Positions 37,094 to 46,589 of a stretch of 64,000 bases of DNA are shown here, piece after piece. Position numbers and translations under genes: made by a program. Origin of the DNA: a virus. The notes under the pieces were generated by a model. That model was not told the DNA's origin. It searched no databases and was given only the letters and a program-made list of their open reading frames with translations. The stretch lies in IMG/VR virus record IMGVR_UViG_3300033405_000004, positions 32,001 to 96,000 of that record; one strand, 5' to 3'. Within the stretch, counting starts at the first letter, position 1, and the number at the start of each line of letters is the position of its first letter.

Positions 37094-39115
37094 ATGCCGT
37101 CCAGAATCGTCCAGAGGCTCATGGAAGGCTCGTGCGGCTGCCTGCTGTGCAGGCTCCCCGCCGTGGCCGACTGCGCCAGGATCACCGCTTGGGCGCATGA
37201 GAACGTCGGCGAGCTGGACCTCGCCGGGGACGGCTATGAGAACGACGCCCACGTGACCGTGCTCTACGGCTTCACGCCCGACGTCCGGCCCGAGGAGGTC
37301 AACGAGGTCGTCCTGCGCCACGCCCCGGAGGGCGTCGACTTGCGCCTGGGCGCCGTGGGCTTCTTCACGAACGACCCGGACTACGATGTGCTCAAGGTTT
37401 CCGTGGAGAGCGGCGGGCTCCAGGCCCTCCACTATTCGCTTTGCGCCGCCTTCAGCGGGCGCGTCCAGAGCGACTACCCCGATTACCACCCCCATCTGAC
37501 CCTTGCCTACGTGAAAAAGGGCTGCTGCAGGCATCTGGAGGGCAATGCGAGCCTGTCTGGCTGGGCGTTCAGGTGCTCCGAGTTCACTTTTTCGACCCCC
37601 GGCATGGCCCTGAACTACAAGCTGCCCATGGCCCCCGCCGAGCCGCCTCCCGTTTCGGTTCCGTCGGCCGCCCCGGAGCAGCCGCCTCCCCCGCCGGTGC
37701 CCCCGCCCGCGCAGCCCGCAGTGTCCGCCGAGCCGGCGGCCGCCCCCGTCGCGCCCGTGGTGGCCGCGATGGCCGAGTCGCGCGACGACGACCCGGCGGC
37801 CTGGCGCCTGTCCGAGTTCGACTACAACGTCGATCTGGCGCGCTATCGGGACAAGCCCGCCCCGGCCAAGGGGAGCAGGGGCGAGCCGAGCAAGGAGGGG
37901 CTGGCGTGGCTGCGCGCGGAGCAGGAGAAGGCATCCGCCGCGCAGGAGAAGGCCAGGAAGGAGAGGGAGGAGAGGGAAAAGAGGGAGAAGGAGGCCGCCG
38001 TGGCCGAGGGCATGCGCCCGCTCTACTCCATTAACCGGGCGGTCATCGCAGTCGTCCGGGCGCTGGCCGGCAAGGGGGACTACTCCCCGACCACGATCCG
38101 GTGCTACATTAACGATTTGCTGGACGCCAAGGAGAGGGAGGGCTTCAACGTCGACTTCGGCTACGACCAGCGCAAGGCCGTCGCCCGGGCCCGCCTGCTC
38201 CTGCAGGCGCACCGGATCGCCTCCGGCCCGGCGAACGAGAGCCGCCGGGTCATCGACGAGATTATGGAGCAGCCGGAGGCCCCCGGCCAGGCTGGCAAGC
38301 TGAAGGTCTTCGTGGCCACCAAGCGCGGCCAGGGCCAGCGCAAGTCCGACTTCTTCTGGTGCAAGGAGGGCGAGCTGCTCATCTTCGGCACCGAGTGTGA
38401 CACCGACGCCAACGACCCCAACCCCGACGGCGGCTGCGGCTGCGGGCGGTCGCTGGTCGGGATCGAGACCCTCAAGGGCACCACCACCTTCACCGTCGAG
38501 GAGCGCGACATGACCCCCGAGCAGTTCGAGGAGGCCTACGTCGAGGGCCAGAGGGCCGGCGGTTGGCCGGTCCACGACAAGCAGTACGCCGCGGCGGTTC
38601 GCTCCGACGCGAAGGAGGTCCTGCGCGTGGCCAAGACGTTCCCCGTCGGCGTCGTCCTGGAGAAGCGCAAGGACGTCATCCAGGTTCGCCGCGAACCGGC
38701 CCGGAAGGCCCGCGGGGCCGTCGAGGGGCTGCTCGGAGAGACCTGGGGCGTCCCGGACGAGGCCGAGGTTGAACCCGACGCGGACCCGGCGCAGGAGCAG
38801 CAGGTCGAGGACTACGAGGAGATGCGGCGCGACTTGGAGAGCGGCGACTGCTACGCCATCACCGACAGGGTGCGCGGGGGATACGACTTGGCGGGCCCAA
38901 CGCACCGGAGCGCCGAGTGGGGCCGGTACGCGGCCCCGGGCCGGCGCGTCGCCCACTTCGACGACTTCGACGATGCGGTGCGCGCGATGGTGCACCTGGC
39001 CAACACCAGCCAGTATTGGCCGAACGCCTACAGCATCAACGACCACGGCAACGTCACCCAGCTCGTCGTGAACTGGGACGAGGGCACCTACGAGTTCGGC
39101 CACGCCTGGGTCTGA
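37094..39115 (+). CDS. Polyprotein with N-terminal 2H phosphoesterase (Acb1/T4 gp57B-like)
   Basis: Two HxT motifs, AHVTVLYG and YHPHLTLAY, then Pro linker and several unrelated domains. Confidence 0.8.
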   Translation: MPSRIVQRLMEGSCGCLLCRLPAVADCARITAWAHENVGELDLAGDGYENDAHVTVLYGFTPDVRPEEVNEVVLRHAPEGVDLRLGAVGFFTNDPDYDVLKVSVESGGLQALHYSLCAAFSGRVQSDYPDYHPHLTLAYVKKGCCRHLEGNASLSGWAFRCSEFTFSTPGMALNYKLPMAPAEPPPVSVPSAAPEQPPPPPVPPPAQPAVSAEPAAAPVAPVVAAMAESRDDDPAAWRLSEFDYNVDLARYRDKPAPAKGSRGEPSKEGLAWLRAEQEKASAAQEKARKEREEREKREKEAAVAEGMRPLYSINRAVIAVVRALAGKGDYSPTTIRCYINDLLDAKEREGFNVDFGYDQRKAVARARLLLQAHRIASGPANESRRVIDEIMEQPEAPGQAGKLKVFVATKRGQGQRKSDFFWCKEGELLIFGTECDTDANDPNPDGGCGCGRSLVGIETLKGTTTFTVEERDMTPEQFEEAYVEGQRAGGWPVHDKQYAAAVRSDAKEVLRVAKTFPVGVVLEKRKDVIQVRREPARKARGAVEGLLGETWGVPDEAEVEPDADPAQEQQVEDYEEMRRDLESGDCYAITDRVRGGYDLAGPTHRSAEWGRYAAPGRRVAHFDDFDDAVRAMVHLANTSQYWPNAYSINDHGNVTQLVVNWDEGTYEFGHAWV

Positions 39116-39158
39116 AAACTTTTTCCGGGTTCCTGCCCGGGATTCTGTTCTTTGTTGG

Positions 39159-39235
39159 TAGCGCCCGACGCTTCTCACACCGCCGGCTGGCGGTGGGCGA
39201 TCGGTCGCGAGCTAGCGACTGCCGGCCTGGCAGTC
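39159..39235 (+). ncRNA. Structured 5' leader / candidate cis-regulatory RNA
   Basis: Long interrupted hairpin 39159-39214 plus GACTGCC/GGCAGTC hairpin abutting SD AGGAAAGG. Confidence 0.45.
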
Positions 39236-39248
39236 AGGAAAGGTGACA

Positions 39249-40139
39249 ATGACATACGAGACGAAAATGGCGCGGGTTCGCGCCTTGATCGAGGCGTTTA
39301 ACGCCTCTGCGGCCACGAAGATCGAAATCGAGGCCTTTGAACTGAAACTGAAGGGGCTCGGCGTGTACTCCGAGGGGACGCTGGACCTCGTGAGGCCGGA
39401 GGACCTGGAGGACGCCGGCCTGCCCACGATCCTGGCCCGCCAGGTGTGCCTGGAGCTGAAGGGCAAGAAGGACGACGACTACGTCTCCCAGAAGAAGGTC
39501 GACCGGATGAACTACCAGGAGCTCCTGGAGCGGTACGACCCGCGCGAGGACAACCTGGTGGCCCGGAAGCTCAAGGAGCTGTCCGGCGGCAAGCGGTTCA
39601 TCGTGTTCCTCGCCGGCGACAAGGTGGACGTCGAGGCCAGCGTGAGGCTCCTCACCGAGCTCAAGCGCGGCCTGGGCGAGGCCCAGATCACGAACAACTC
39701 CAAGGGCGTGCCCGTGAAGCCCTACAAGGTCGGCGAGGTGCCCAACGACGAGGTGGACGAGAACCCGCTCTACCCCGGGCGCGTGCTGCGCACCGACGAG
39801 ACGTGCGACCAGACGCTGCGCTCCTGGAAGGGCGTGCCGCTGGAGCTGCGCCAGCTGCTCTACATCGCGGTGTCCGAGACCAAGGAGGCCAAGGTCGCCA
39901 GCATCGGCGAGGCCCACGACCTGCTCGACCGGGTGCTCGCGGCCGTGGCCGAGTGGAACCAGCCCCCGGCCGGCGCCGTGACCGCCATGTCCCCCATGGG
40001 CAGGCTCGGCCAGCGGTACCCGCGGGCCGTCATCCGCTTCGAGGAGCTCAAGGAGAAGGGCCAGCTCCCCCGCCTCAAGATCAAGTCGTCCCGCGCCGCC
40101 CCCGCGGCCGGGCACCCGTTCTTCCAGCCGGAGGAGTGA
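39249..40139 (+). CDS. Hypothetical protein with SAM-like N-terminal helices
   Basis: GV.SEGTLDLVRPEDLEDAGLP..LAR. Confidence 0.7.
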   Translation: MTYETKMARVRALIEAFNASAATKIEIEAFELKLKGLGVYSEGTLDLVRPEDLEDAGLPTILARQVCLELKGKKDDDYVSQKKVDRMNYQELLERYDPREDNLVARKLKELSGGKRFIVFLAGDKVDVEASVRLLTELKRGLGEAQITNNSKGVPVKPYKVGEVPNDEVDENPLYPGRVLRTDETCDQTLRSWKGVPLELRQLLYIAVSETKEAKVASIGEAHDLLDRVLAAVAEWNQPPAGAVTAMSPMGRLGQRYPRAVIRFEELKEKGQLPRLKIKSSRAAPAAGHPFFQPEE

Positions 40140-40142
40140 GCC

Positions 40143-41372
40143 ATGGCCAAGTCCCACCTGTTCCTGTCGGTCCCGGGCGACCCCCGCCTGGGGCTCACCG
40201 TCAACCTCCCCGCCGCCCTCGCGGGCGGCGGGTTGTTCGGCCTGCCCCCGTACGCGCGGGTGCACGGCCACCGGGTCGACAACTACCCGGCCTGCCCGGA
40301 GGACTGGCCCCGCTCCACCGCCTCCATGGCCAGCTACTTCATCCCCATCCGGGAGGGCTGCGGCATGTGGCTGGACTTCAACAAATGCGCCGCCCACCCG
40401 CACCACGTCGCCATCGTCGTCTCCATCCAGGGCGTCAACCCGCTCACCGGCCGCAAGGCCGACAAGCTGGAGATGGAGCGGTACCCCGATGACCCGAACG
40501 TCGAGGCGTGGCTCCGCGGGCGCCAGAACTACCTGTCGTCCGTGGCCACCCCGGAGGGCCTGATGTGGATCGACGGGTTCCGCGCCAAGGACGGCACCGT
40601 CCGGCAGTACGTCTTCGCCAAGGACGAGAGCCGCGGCGTGGCCGCCCAGATCATCGGCGTGGACCGGGTCTTCGCCATCGGCGTGGCCTTCTTCCTGAGC
40701 AAGGAGCCCAAGCCCCCGCCCCCGAAGGTCGAGGAGCGCACCACCTACGGCGGAATGGCCGTCCAGGACTATGGCGGGGCCCTCCAGGACTTCGACGGGG
40801 TGAAGGGCCTCCTGGGGCCGTTGGGCCCCAAGGGCACCCCGGGCGACTGGTCCGGCGGCACTGTTACCATCCCCAACAGCTCGATCACCTGGACCACCCA
40901 CATGGGCGTGAACACGGCCCAGTACACGTTGACGAGTGGCATGACGAAGCTCGGCAACATCACCAACCACGCGGGGTCGACCAAGGCGGCCGCCTACTGC
41001 GCCAACAGCATCCCCAAGGTGGACGGCGAGCAGGCGTTCATGTTCCTCGCCCCCGAGGCCGCCATGCAGATCAGCCGGTGCCTCGGCCAGGACGCGGCGG
41101 CGCCCGACGGGAACCTCGTCAGGAAGGGGCTAATCTCCGGCCAGACGGCTGGGGAGGTCTGGGCCGAGACCGACCGCATCGAGATCGCCGCCGGGGCCGA
41201 GATCCAGCAGGAGCTCTACCGCGACACCGTCGGGGCCGAGTTCTGGCAGGCCGCGTGCGCCGGCATCGTCGCCGTCAGCTACGCGCCCGTCGCACTCGTG
41301 AGGAAGATCCTCGCGGCCGGCGAGGCCGAGGAGAAGGAGGGCTTCCTGGAGGGCCTCAAGGTGGGGAACTGA
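40143..41372 (+). CDS. Conserved hypothetical protein
   Basis: VDNYP..PEDW...FIP...GMWLDF...GVNPLTG...QNYL...WIDGF...G.VRQYV. Confidence 0.75.
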   Translation: MAKSHLFLSVPGDPRLGLTVNLPAALAGGGLFGLPPYARVHGHRVDNYPACPEDWPRSTASMASYFIPIREGCGMWLDFNKCAAHPHHVAIVVSIQGVNPLTGRKADKLEMERYPDDPNVEAWLRGRQNYLSSVATPEGLMWIDGFRAKDGTVRQYVFAKDESRGVAAQIIGVDRVFAIGVAFFLSKEPKPPPPKVEERTTYGGMAVQDYGGALQDFDGVKGLLGPLGPKGTPGDWSGGTVTIPNSSITWTTHMGVNTAQYTLTSGMTKLGNITNHAGSTKAAAYCANSIPKVDGEQAFMFLAPEAAMQISRCLGQDAAAPDGNLVRKGLISGQTAGEVWAETDRIEIAAGAEIQQELYRDTVGAEFWQAACAGIVAVSYAPVALVRKILAAGEAEEKEGFLEGLKVGN

Positions 41373-41388
41373 TCCCGTTCTTATACGC

Positions 41389-41925
41389 ATGGGCGAGACG
41401 CCTCATTTCAGCAAGCTGCCGCCCTCCTCGTTCGAACTGGTGGGCGGCGACCCCGCCACGCTACGCCCCTCGCCGCAGGTCCCCGACGGGCAGGTCCCCC
41501 ACCGCGACGGGCAGGCGATCACCGAGGTGCCCGACCAGGCCGCCGTCATCCGGGCGGCCTGCCAGCTCTTCCTCGACCGGGGCTGGACGGACCTGGCCTC
41601 CGGCCGCAACAGCTTCACCGTCGAGAAGGGCGAGCAGGTGTTCAGCTGCTTCCTCTACCCGTCCGACAAGGTCATCGCCATGCGCGGCCTTTCGGGCGTC
41701 GAGGTTCAGCGGCTGTCCGACGCCATCAAGGAGCCGTTCTGCCTGGTCCTCACCATGGAGAAGGACCACCGCACCGGGAATCCCGTCTACGTGGGGGTGC
41801 GCGACCTGTCCAAGGTGCCGGAGCTGGTCGGCGACAAGGTGCTCGCGCTGCGGCCCGACCCGCCGTTTGGCACGCATGTGCGCGAGGCTGTCGCCATCGT
41901 CAAGGACTGGGTCAGGAACCCGTGA
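41389..41925 (+). CDS. Hypothetical protein
   Basis: GTTCT motif 12 nt upstream. Confidence 0.7.
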   Translation: MGETPHFSKLPPSSFELVGGDPATLRPSPQVPDGQVPHRDGQAITEVPDQAAVIRAACQLFLDRGWTDLASGRNSFTVEKGEQVFSCFLYPSDKVIAMRGLSGVEVQRLSDAIKEPFCLVLTMEKDHRTGNPVYVGVRDLSKVPELVGDKVLALRPDPPFGTHVREAVAIVKDWVRNP

Positions 41926-41997
41926 GGGACGGCCTGTACCAGGTGACCACGCCGTACCTCTGCGCCGGCTTCGTCGCGGATCAGCCACTGGGCCGCG

Positions 41998-42975
41998 CTA
42001 GGCCGTCGTCTTGATGAACTCGAAGGCCTTGATGGCGCCCCGCAGGGTGGGCTTGGCCGTGCCGGCTCGGTGGGTGTTGCAGACGTACCAGGGCTTCCCC
42101 CGCACGATTGACTTCCAGACGCCGGGGCTGGGCTTCTGCTCGCCGTCCTTCCAGGCGTGGTGCCAGACCGCCCCGGCCTTCATCACCTCGTCCCGCTCCT
42201 CGTCCGTGAGCTTCACCTTCCCGGCCTTGAGCGTCTCCATCCGGGGGCACTCCAGCAGGAGCAGGTCGACCAGCAGCCCGGCCAGCTCGCGGGAGTCGCC
42301 GAGCCTGGCCCCGTAGTGGGCGGGCTGGGCCGCGACGTCCATCTGGCGCAGCTGAGCGCTCGGCCCGGTCGGCGGCTCGGTCCGCTCGCCGCTCTCGCCC
42401 GTCTCGATCTGGCGCAGGGTGAGGTAGAGGCTCTTCCCGTCCAGCGTGTGGATGGTCAGCTCGTGGTCGTAGGGGTGCTCCTCGCCCGCGTCGCCTTCGT
42501 CGCCGTCGTAGAAGCCGTTGTCCTCCAGGATGGAGTGCACGCCGCTGACGAGGTCGGCCTTGGTCGACTCGTCCCACGTGGCCAGCCCGAACCAGTCGTC
42601 CTTGCACCAGATCCAGCCCCAGTGCTGCATGGCGTATTCGCGGGGGTCGGCGCCCGAAAGGAATAGAGCGCAGGCGATCAAGTCCGCGTACTCCGCCGGG
42701 TCCTTCCCGTTGGCCTGGAGCAGCACCTTCGCGGCCTCCTCCGCGTCGTCCGGCGCCATTTCGGGGTCCAGGACCTCCCCGGCGGCCGCCTCGACGAGAT
42801 CCTTGCCCAGCTGCTCCCAGTCGCCGCCCTCGTAGTCGACGTTGCAGAGGTCGGCCAGCTCGGAGGCGGCGCGCTCGGCCGCCACGCCCTCGTGGTTGAA
42901 GTTGCCCACGTCGCCGTCGGCGAAGGTGACCTCGCCGTCCTCGATCCAGTACTCGCCGCGGAAGTAGTCGGGCAT
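41998..42975 (-). CDS. Two-domain late protein joined by an LLVDLLLLE linker
   Basis: TAATTAA motif upstream; acidic N-domain, basic C-domain. Confidence 0.75.
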   Translation of the reverse strand: MPDYFRGEYWIEDGEVTFADGDVGNFNHEGVAAERAASELADLCNVDYEGGDWEQLGKDLVEAAAGEVLDPEMAPDDAEEAAKVLLQANGKDPAEYADLIACALFLSGADPREYAMQHWGWIWCKDDWFGLATWDESTKADLVSGVHSILEDNGFYDGDEGDAGEEHPYDHELTIHTLDGKSLYLTLRQIETGESGERTEPPTGPSAQLRQMDVAAQPAHYGARLGDSRELAGLLVDLLLLECPRMETLKAGKVKLTDEERDEVMKAGAVWHHAWKDGEQKPSPGVWKSIVRGKPWYVCNTHRAGTAKPTLRGAIKAFEFIKTTA

Positions 42976-43009
42976 GCTGGTTTAATTACGCGTGGTGGTT
43001 ACTTAGGGT

Positions 43010-45316
43010 GTGGCTGACACGTTCCAATACCTGAAGGTCGACTTCGCCTCCCAGCAGCAGGCCCTCATCCAGCGGAGCAGGGCCCGGTACCCCGGCGTGT
43101 GGAACGACTACGTGGCCGGGAGCTTCGGAACCGTGCTCATCGACCTGATGTCCTGGTCCGCCGCGACCCTGGCCTACACCGCCAACCGGCTCGCCGCCGA
43201 GAACTACCTCCCGACCATGCAGCTGCGGGAGTCCGCCGTCCGGCTGGGCACCCTGGTGGGCTATCAGCTCCGCGGGCCCGCCCCCGCCACCGTCCCGTGC
43301 GACGCCACCCTCTCCGCCCCGGCCCCGGCCGACGTGCTGCTGAGCAAGGGCACCGCCGTGCGCACGGGCGACGCCTCGTCCCTGCCGTTCGAGCTGGACA
43401 CGGACTACACCATCCTCGCCGGCGACACCTCGCCGCTCTCCACGGTCGTCACCTTCGACCCGTCGCTCGGCGGCTCCCGGGTCATCCAGGCGCTCGTCAA
43501 CCTGGTCAACGGCCAGCCGTACGCCGACTGCCTGGACAGCACCGTCGACCTGACGCAGTACGTCGAGGCGGGCCAGCAGTTCCAGGCCGGCGCCCTCGGC
43601 GGCCCGGAGTACCCCGTCGTCTCCGTCGAGTCCGCCCCCGGCGCGATCAGCTACAACCGCATGGTCCTCGCCACGCCGTGGGCCGGGGCCACCGGCGCCA
43701 CCACCGCGGAGGTCGTGGACCGGCGCGTCTTCTTCATCCAGGGCACCACCCAGACCGAGCAGATCGTCACGGCGGACGTGGTCGTCCCCGGCTACACCTA
43801 CCAGCTCACCTACGCGCCGATCATCGACGGCTCGCTCGGCGTGACCGTCAACGGCGTCGCCTGGGCGCAGGTGGGCAACCTCATCGAGAGCGCGGCCGAG
43901 AACCTCGCCTTCCAGGTGCGCACCCTCGCCACCGGCAACACCGTGGTCACCTTCGGCGACGACACCTTCGGCGCCGCCCTCCCGACCGAGGCCACCGTGG
44001 TCTTCACCTACCGCACGGGCGGCGGGAGCGTCGGCAACGTGACGATCGGGGCCATCAGCGCCTCCATCGTCGGCCTCGTCACCAGCCTCTCCAACCCGGT
44101 CAACGTCACCGTCGTCAACAACCAGCCCGGCTCCGGCGGGGCCGACGCCGAGACCCTGGGCGAGGCCCAGGCCAAGATGCCCGCCTTCGTCCAGTCCAAC
44201 AACCGGGCCGTCACCTTCGGCGACTACCAGGCGCTCGCCACCAGCTTCAACAGCCCGCTCGGCCAGGTCCAGTACGCCCGGCCGAGCGTGCGCAGCGGCA
44301 ACGCCCTCCTGGAGGGCAACGTCGTCGTCATCTACGCCTGGACGACCGGCGCGTCCGGCGGCCTCGTGCCGCTCTCCGCCGCCCTCAAGGCCTCCCTCCA
44401 GGACTACCTCCAGGGCGTGGCCGTCGGCACCGACTACATCCTGATCGCCGACGGCACCGCGGTGCCCCTTCCCTGGGCCGTCCGGTTCATGACCTCGGCC
44501 GGCTATTCGGCCGCCGATGTCGAGACCGCCGTAAGCGACCAGATGACGGCCTACGTCAACGCCCTCGTGCCGGGCGCCCCCGTTGTGTTCAGCGCCATGC
44601 TCTCCCAGCTCTTGGCCGTGCCCGGCGTCCAGAGCATGGTCGTGGCGACCCCGAACGGCGACCTCGTGCCGCCGAGCGACGACAGCCTCTTCATCCCGCC
44701 GAGCGCCGAAGCCACCTATGCCGTCGACCTGGTCTCCGCCGGAGTCAGCACCTCCGGCTCGAACGTCTACACCGCCCAGTCGCCGGCCGTGCCGCTCCAG
44801 GCCTGGTGCTTCAACGCCACCCTCGGCGGCCAGGCGCTCGCCGTCGTCCCCGACGTCCAGCCGGGCTTCGCCGACCTCTCCGGCGTCAACCTGGACTCGA
44901 CGGTCACCTCCACCGTCAACTTGCTCACCGGCCAGTTCACCCTTTACGTCCTCGGGCCTCCGGGCGACTTCGTGGTGACCCTCATCCCCGCCAGCGGCTA
45001 CGAGCTCGTGCGCACCGTCGACGTCTACGCCGGCTACACCGGCGACCAGTCGCTCACCACCCGCCAGGCCATGCGCTCCGCCCTGCGGGCCTGGGCCGGC
45101 GGCCTCTCGGTAGGCTCCTCGCTCTTCGCCCAGCAGATTTCCGGCGTGCAGGCTTCGGCCACGAACGTCCAGGCCGTCCTGGCGGCGGTCAACGGGGTAA
45201 CCTCGATCACCCGTGTCTCGCTCGACTCGGCCGCCAACCCGGCCCAGCGCATCGACGTCGGCGAGTACGAGCTCGTCGCTCTGGGGAACATTTACCTCAA
45301 CAATCAGATTTCGTAG
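43010..45316 (+). CDS. Baseplate wedge protein (T4 gp6 / J-like)
   Basis: DF......LI...WND...SFG..LIDL, VTFGDDTFG..P, GGADAET, RAVT..DY. Confidence 0.88.
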   Translation: MADTFQYLKVDFASQQQALIQRSRARYPGVWNDYVAGSFGTVLIDLMSWSAATLAYTANRLAAENYLPTMQLRESAVRLGTLVGYQLRGPAPATVPCDATLSAPAPADVLLSKGTAVRTGDASSLPFELDTDYTILAGDTSPLSTVVTFDPSLGGSRVIQALVNLVNGQPYADCLDSTVDLTQYVEAGQQFQAGALGGPEYPVVSVESAPGAISYNRMVLATPWAGATGATTAEVVDRRVFFIQGTTQTEQIVTADVVVPGYTYQLTYAPIIDGSLGVTVNGVAWAQVGNLIESAAENLAFQVRTLATGNTVVTFGDDTFGAALPTEATVVFTYRTGGGSVGNVTIGAISASIVGLVTSLSNPVNVTVVNNQPGSGGADAETLGEAQAKMPAFVQSNNRAVTFGDYQALATSFNSPLGQVQYARPSVRSGNALLEGNVVVIYAWTTGASGGLVPLSAALKASLQDYLQGVAVGTDYILIADGTAVPLPWAVRFMTSAGYSAADVETAVSDQMTAYVNALVPGAPVVFSAMLSQLLAVPGVQSMVVATPNGDLVPPSDDSLFIPPSAEATYAVDLVSAGVSTSGSNVYTAQSPAVPLQAWCFNATLGGQALAVVPDVQPGFADLSGVNLDSTVTSTVNLLTGQFTLYVLGPPGDFVVTLIPASGYELVRTVDVYAGYTGDQSLTTRQAMRSALRAWAGGLSVGSSLFAQQISGVQASATNVQAVLAAVNGVTSITRVSLDSAANPAQRIDVGEYELVALGNIYLNNQIS

Positions 45317-45321
45317 TTCTA

Positions 45322-45714
45322 ATGCAGAGATCCGAAAAGGAGCTGTACAGCCCGACCTGGGCGGCCGACGCCGCCGCCGCCACCCCCGCCATCGTCACCC
45401 CCGCCGCCGACGGGCTCTCCGCCCTGATCGTGGCGCCGCTCGCCGTCGACCCGGACCCCGCGAAGAACGTCACGACCGTCAAAGTCTCGGCCTTCGTCGA
45501 CGCCGCCCTGACCCAGCCCCTTTCGGACACGGTCGTCGTCACGGTGACCCAGGCCCCCGCCGCCGCCCTCGGACTGGCTGCGGGCGCCCCGGTGGACAAG
45601 AACCCGCCAGCGGCCCCCGCCGCTGAGGTGGATGTGACGGCCTCCGCCCCGGCCGCCGGGGCGGATGCGACGACCGAAGCCCCCACCCCTCCGGCCCCGG
45701 CCCCCACCGCCTGA
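45322..45714 (+). CDS. Ala/Pro-rich, possibly Ig-like protein
   Basis: Beta-strand-like core; start uncertain. Confidence 0.55.
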   Translation: MQRSEKELYSPTWAADAAAATPAIVTPAADGLSALIVAPLAVDPDPAKNVTTVKVSAFVDAALTQPLSDTVVVTVTQAPAAALGLAAGAPVDKNPPAAPAAEVDVTASAPAAGADATTEAPTPPAPAPTA

Positions 45715-45730
45715 GTCCCGTACTTAGGCT

Positions 45731-46153
45731 GTGAAAGCCGCGCAGATCTTAGAGGCGCTCGTCGAGGACGCCCCCGCCCTCGACGAGTTCACCCGCGCCT
45801 ACATCGAGTGCGCCCTGTGGTCGTCGAACGACGAGTCCACGCCCCAGGGCGGCGAGCCGATGGACGCGAACTACTCCATCGACGACATCGCCCCGGAGGC
45901 GCTCGCGGGGATGGCCGAGGACTGCCGCAAGTTCCAGGAGCAGTTCGGCGTCCCGGCCTACAACCGCGGGGACTACACCGACGAGGAGATGGCGGGCCAC
46001 GACTTCTGGCTCACCAGGAACGGCCACGGCGCCGGCTTCTGGGACCGCAGCGAGCTGGACGAGGCGACGCGGAAGAAGTACACGGACGCCGCCCACGGCT
46101 TCGGCGAGTGCAACCTCTACGTCGGCGACGACGGCAAGATCTACTGCTCCTGA
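45731..46153 (+). CDS. Putative capsid-internal protein (leader MKAAQILE)
   Basis: TACTTAGG upstream; GHDFWLTRNGHGAGFWDR motif. Confidence 0.75.
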   Translation: MKAAQILEALVEDAPALDEFTRAYIECALWSSNDESTPQGGEPMDANYSIDDIAPEALAGMAEDCRKFQEQFGVPAYNRGDYTDEEMAGHDFWLTRNGHGAGFWDRSELDEATRKKYTDAAHGFGECNLYVGDDGKIYCS

Positions 46154-46329
46154 GGCGCCGGCGGCACGGAGAAGCCCGCCTTCTCCAACGTCTCCCGGCT
46201 GACCGTGCTGTGCTTGCAGTGGCCGGGGATGTCCTCCGTGAGGTTGTACAGGTCGATTGGCGGCCCGATCCGCTGCGTGCCGATGAAGATCGCGGGCGCG
46301 GGGGGCTTGGAGGCTTGCGTTTCTTCCAT
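46141..46329 (-). CDS. Hypothetical protein
   Basis: Short ORF: LYNLTEDIPGH...STVS..TL. Confidence 0.55.
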   Translation of the reverse strand: MEETQASKPPAPAIFIGTQRIGPPIDLYNLTEDIPGHCKHSTVSRETLEKAGFSVPPAPQEQ

Positions 46330-46334
46330 TTGAT

Positions 46335-46589
46335 TTAATTTCTGTCGCGGGTGCTTCGCGGGGCGTCGGTCTTCAGCGCACGCTCGTATTCCCTGCACTC
46401 ACGGCAGATCCGTTCGGCCTCGCTGGCGACGACGTCGGACGGATCGAGTTCGCCGAGGTAGCCGGCGATGACGTGGGCGGCGGCGTGGAAGGCGTTCATC
46501 CCGGCTTGGTCGCCGGTGGTGCTGAGGTACACCTTCCACGCTATGTCGACGATGTCGGCGCCGGGTTCGAGCGGGCCGTGCTTGCTCAT
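46335..46589 (-). CDS. Hypothetical protein
   Basis: ATGA overlap with upstream gene. Confidence 0.5.
   Translation of the reverse strand: MSKHGPLEPGADIVDIAWKVYLSTTGDQAGMNAFHAAAHVIAGYLGELDPSDVVASEAERICRECREYERALKTDAPRSTRDRN

Noticed and set aside
45314-45322. UAG read-through extension of the baseplate protein
   Set aside because: TAG TTC TAA: read-through would add only two residues.
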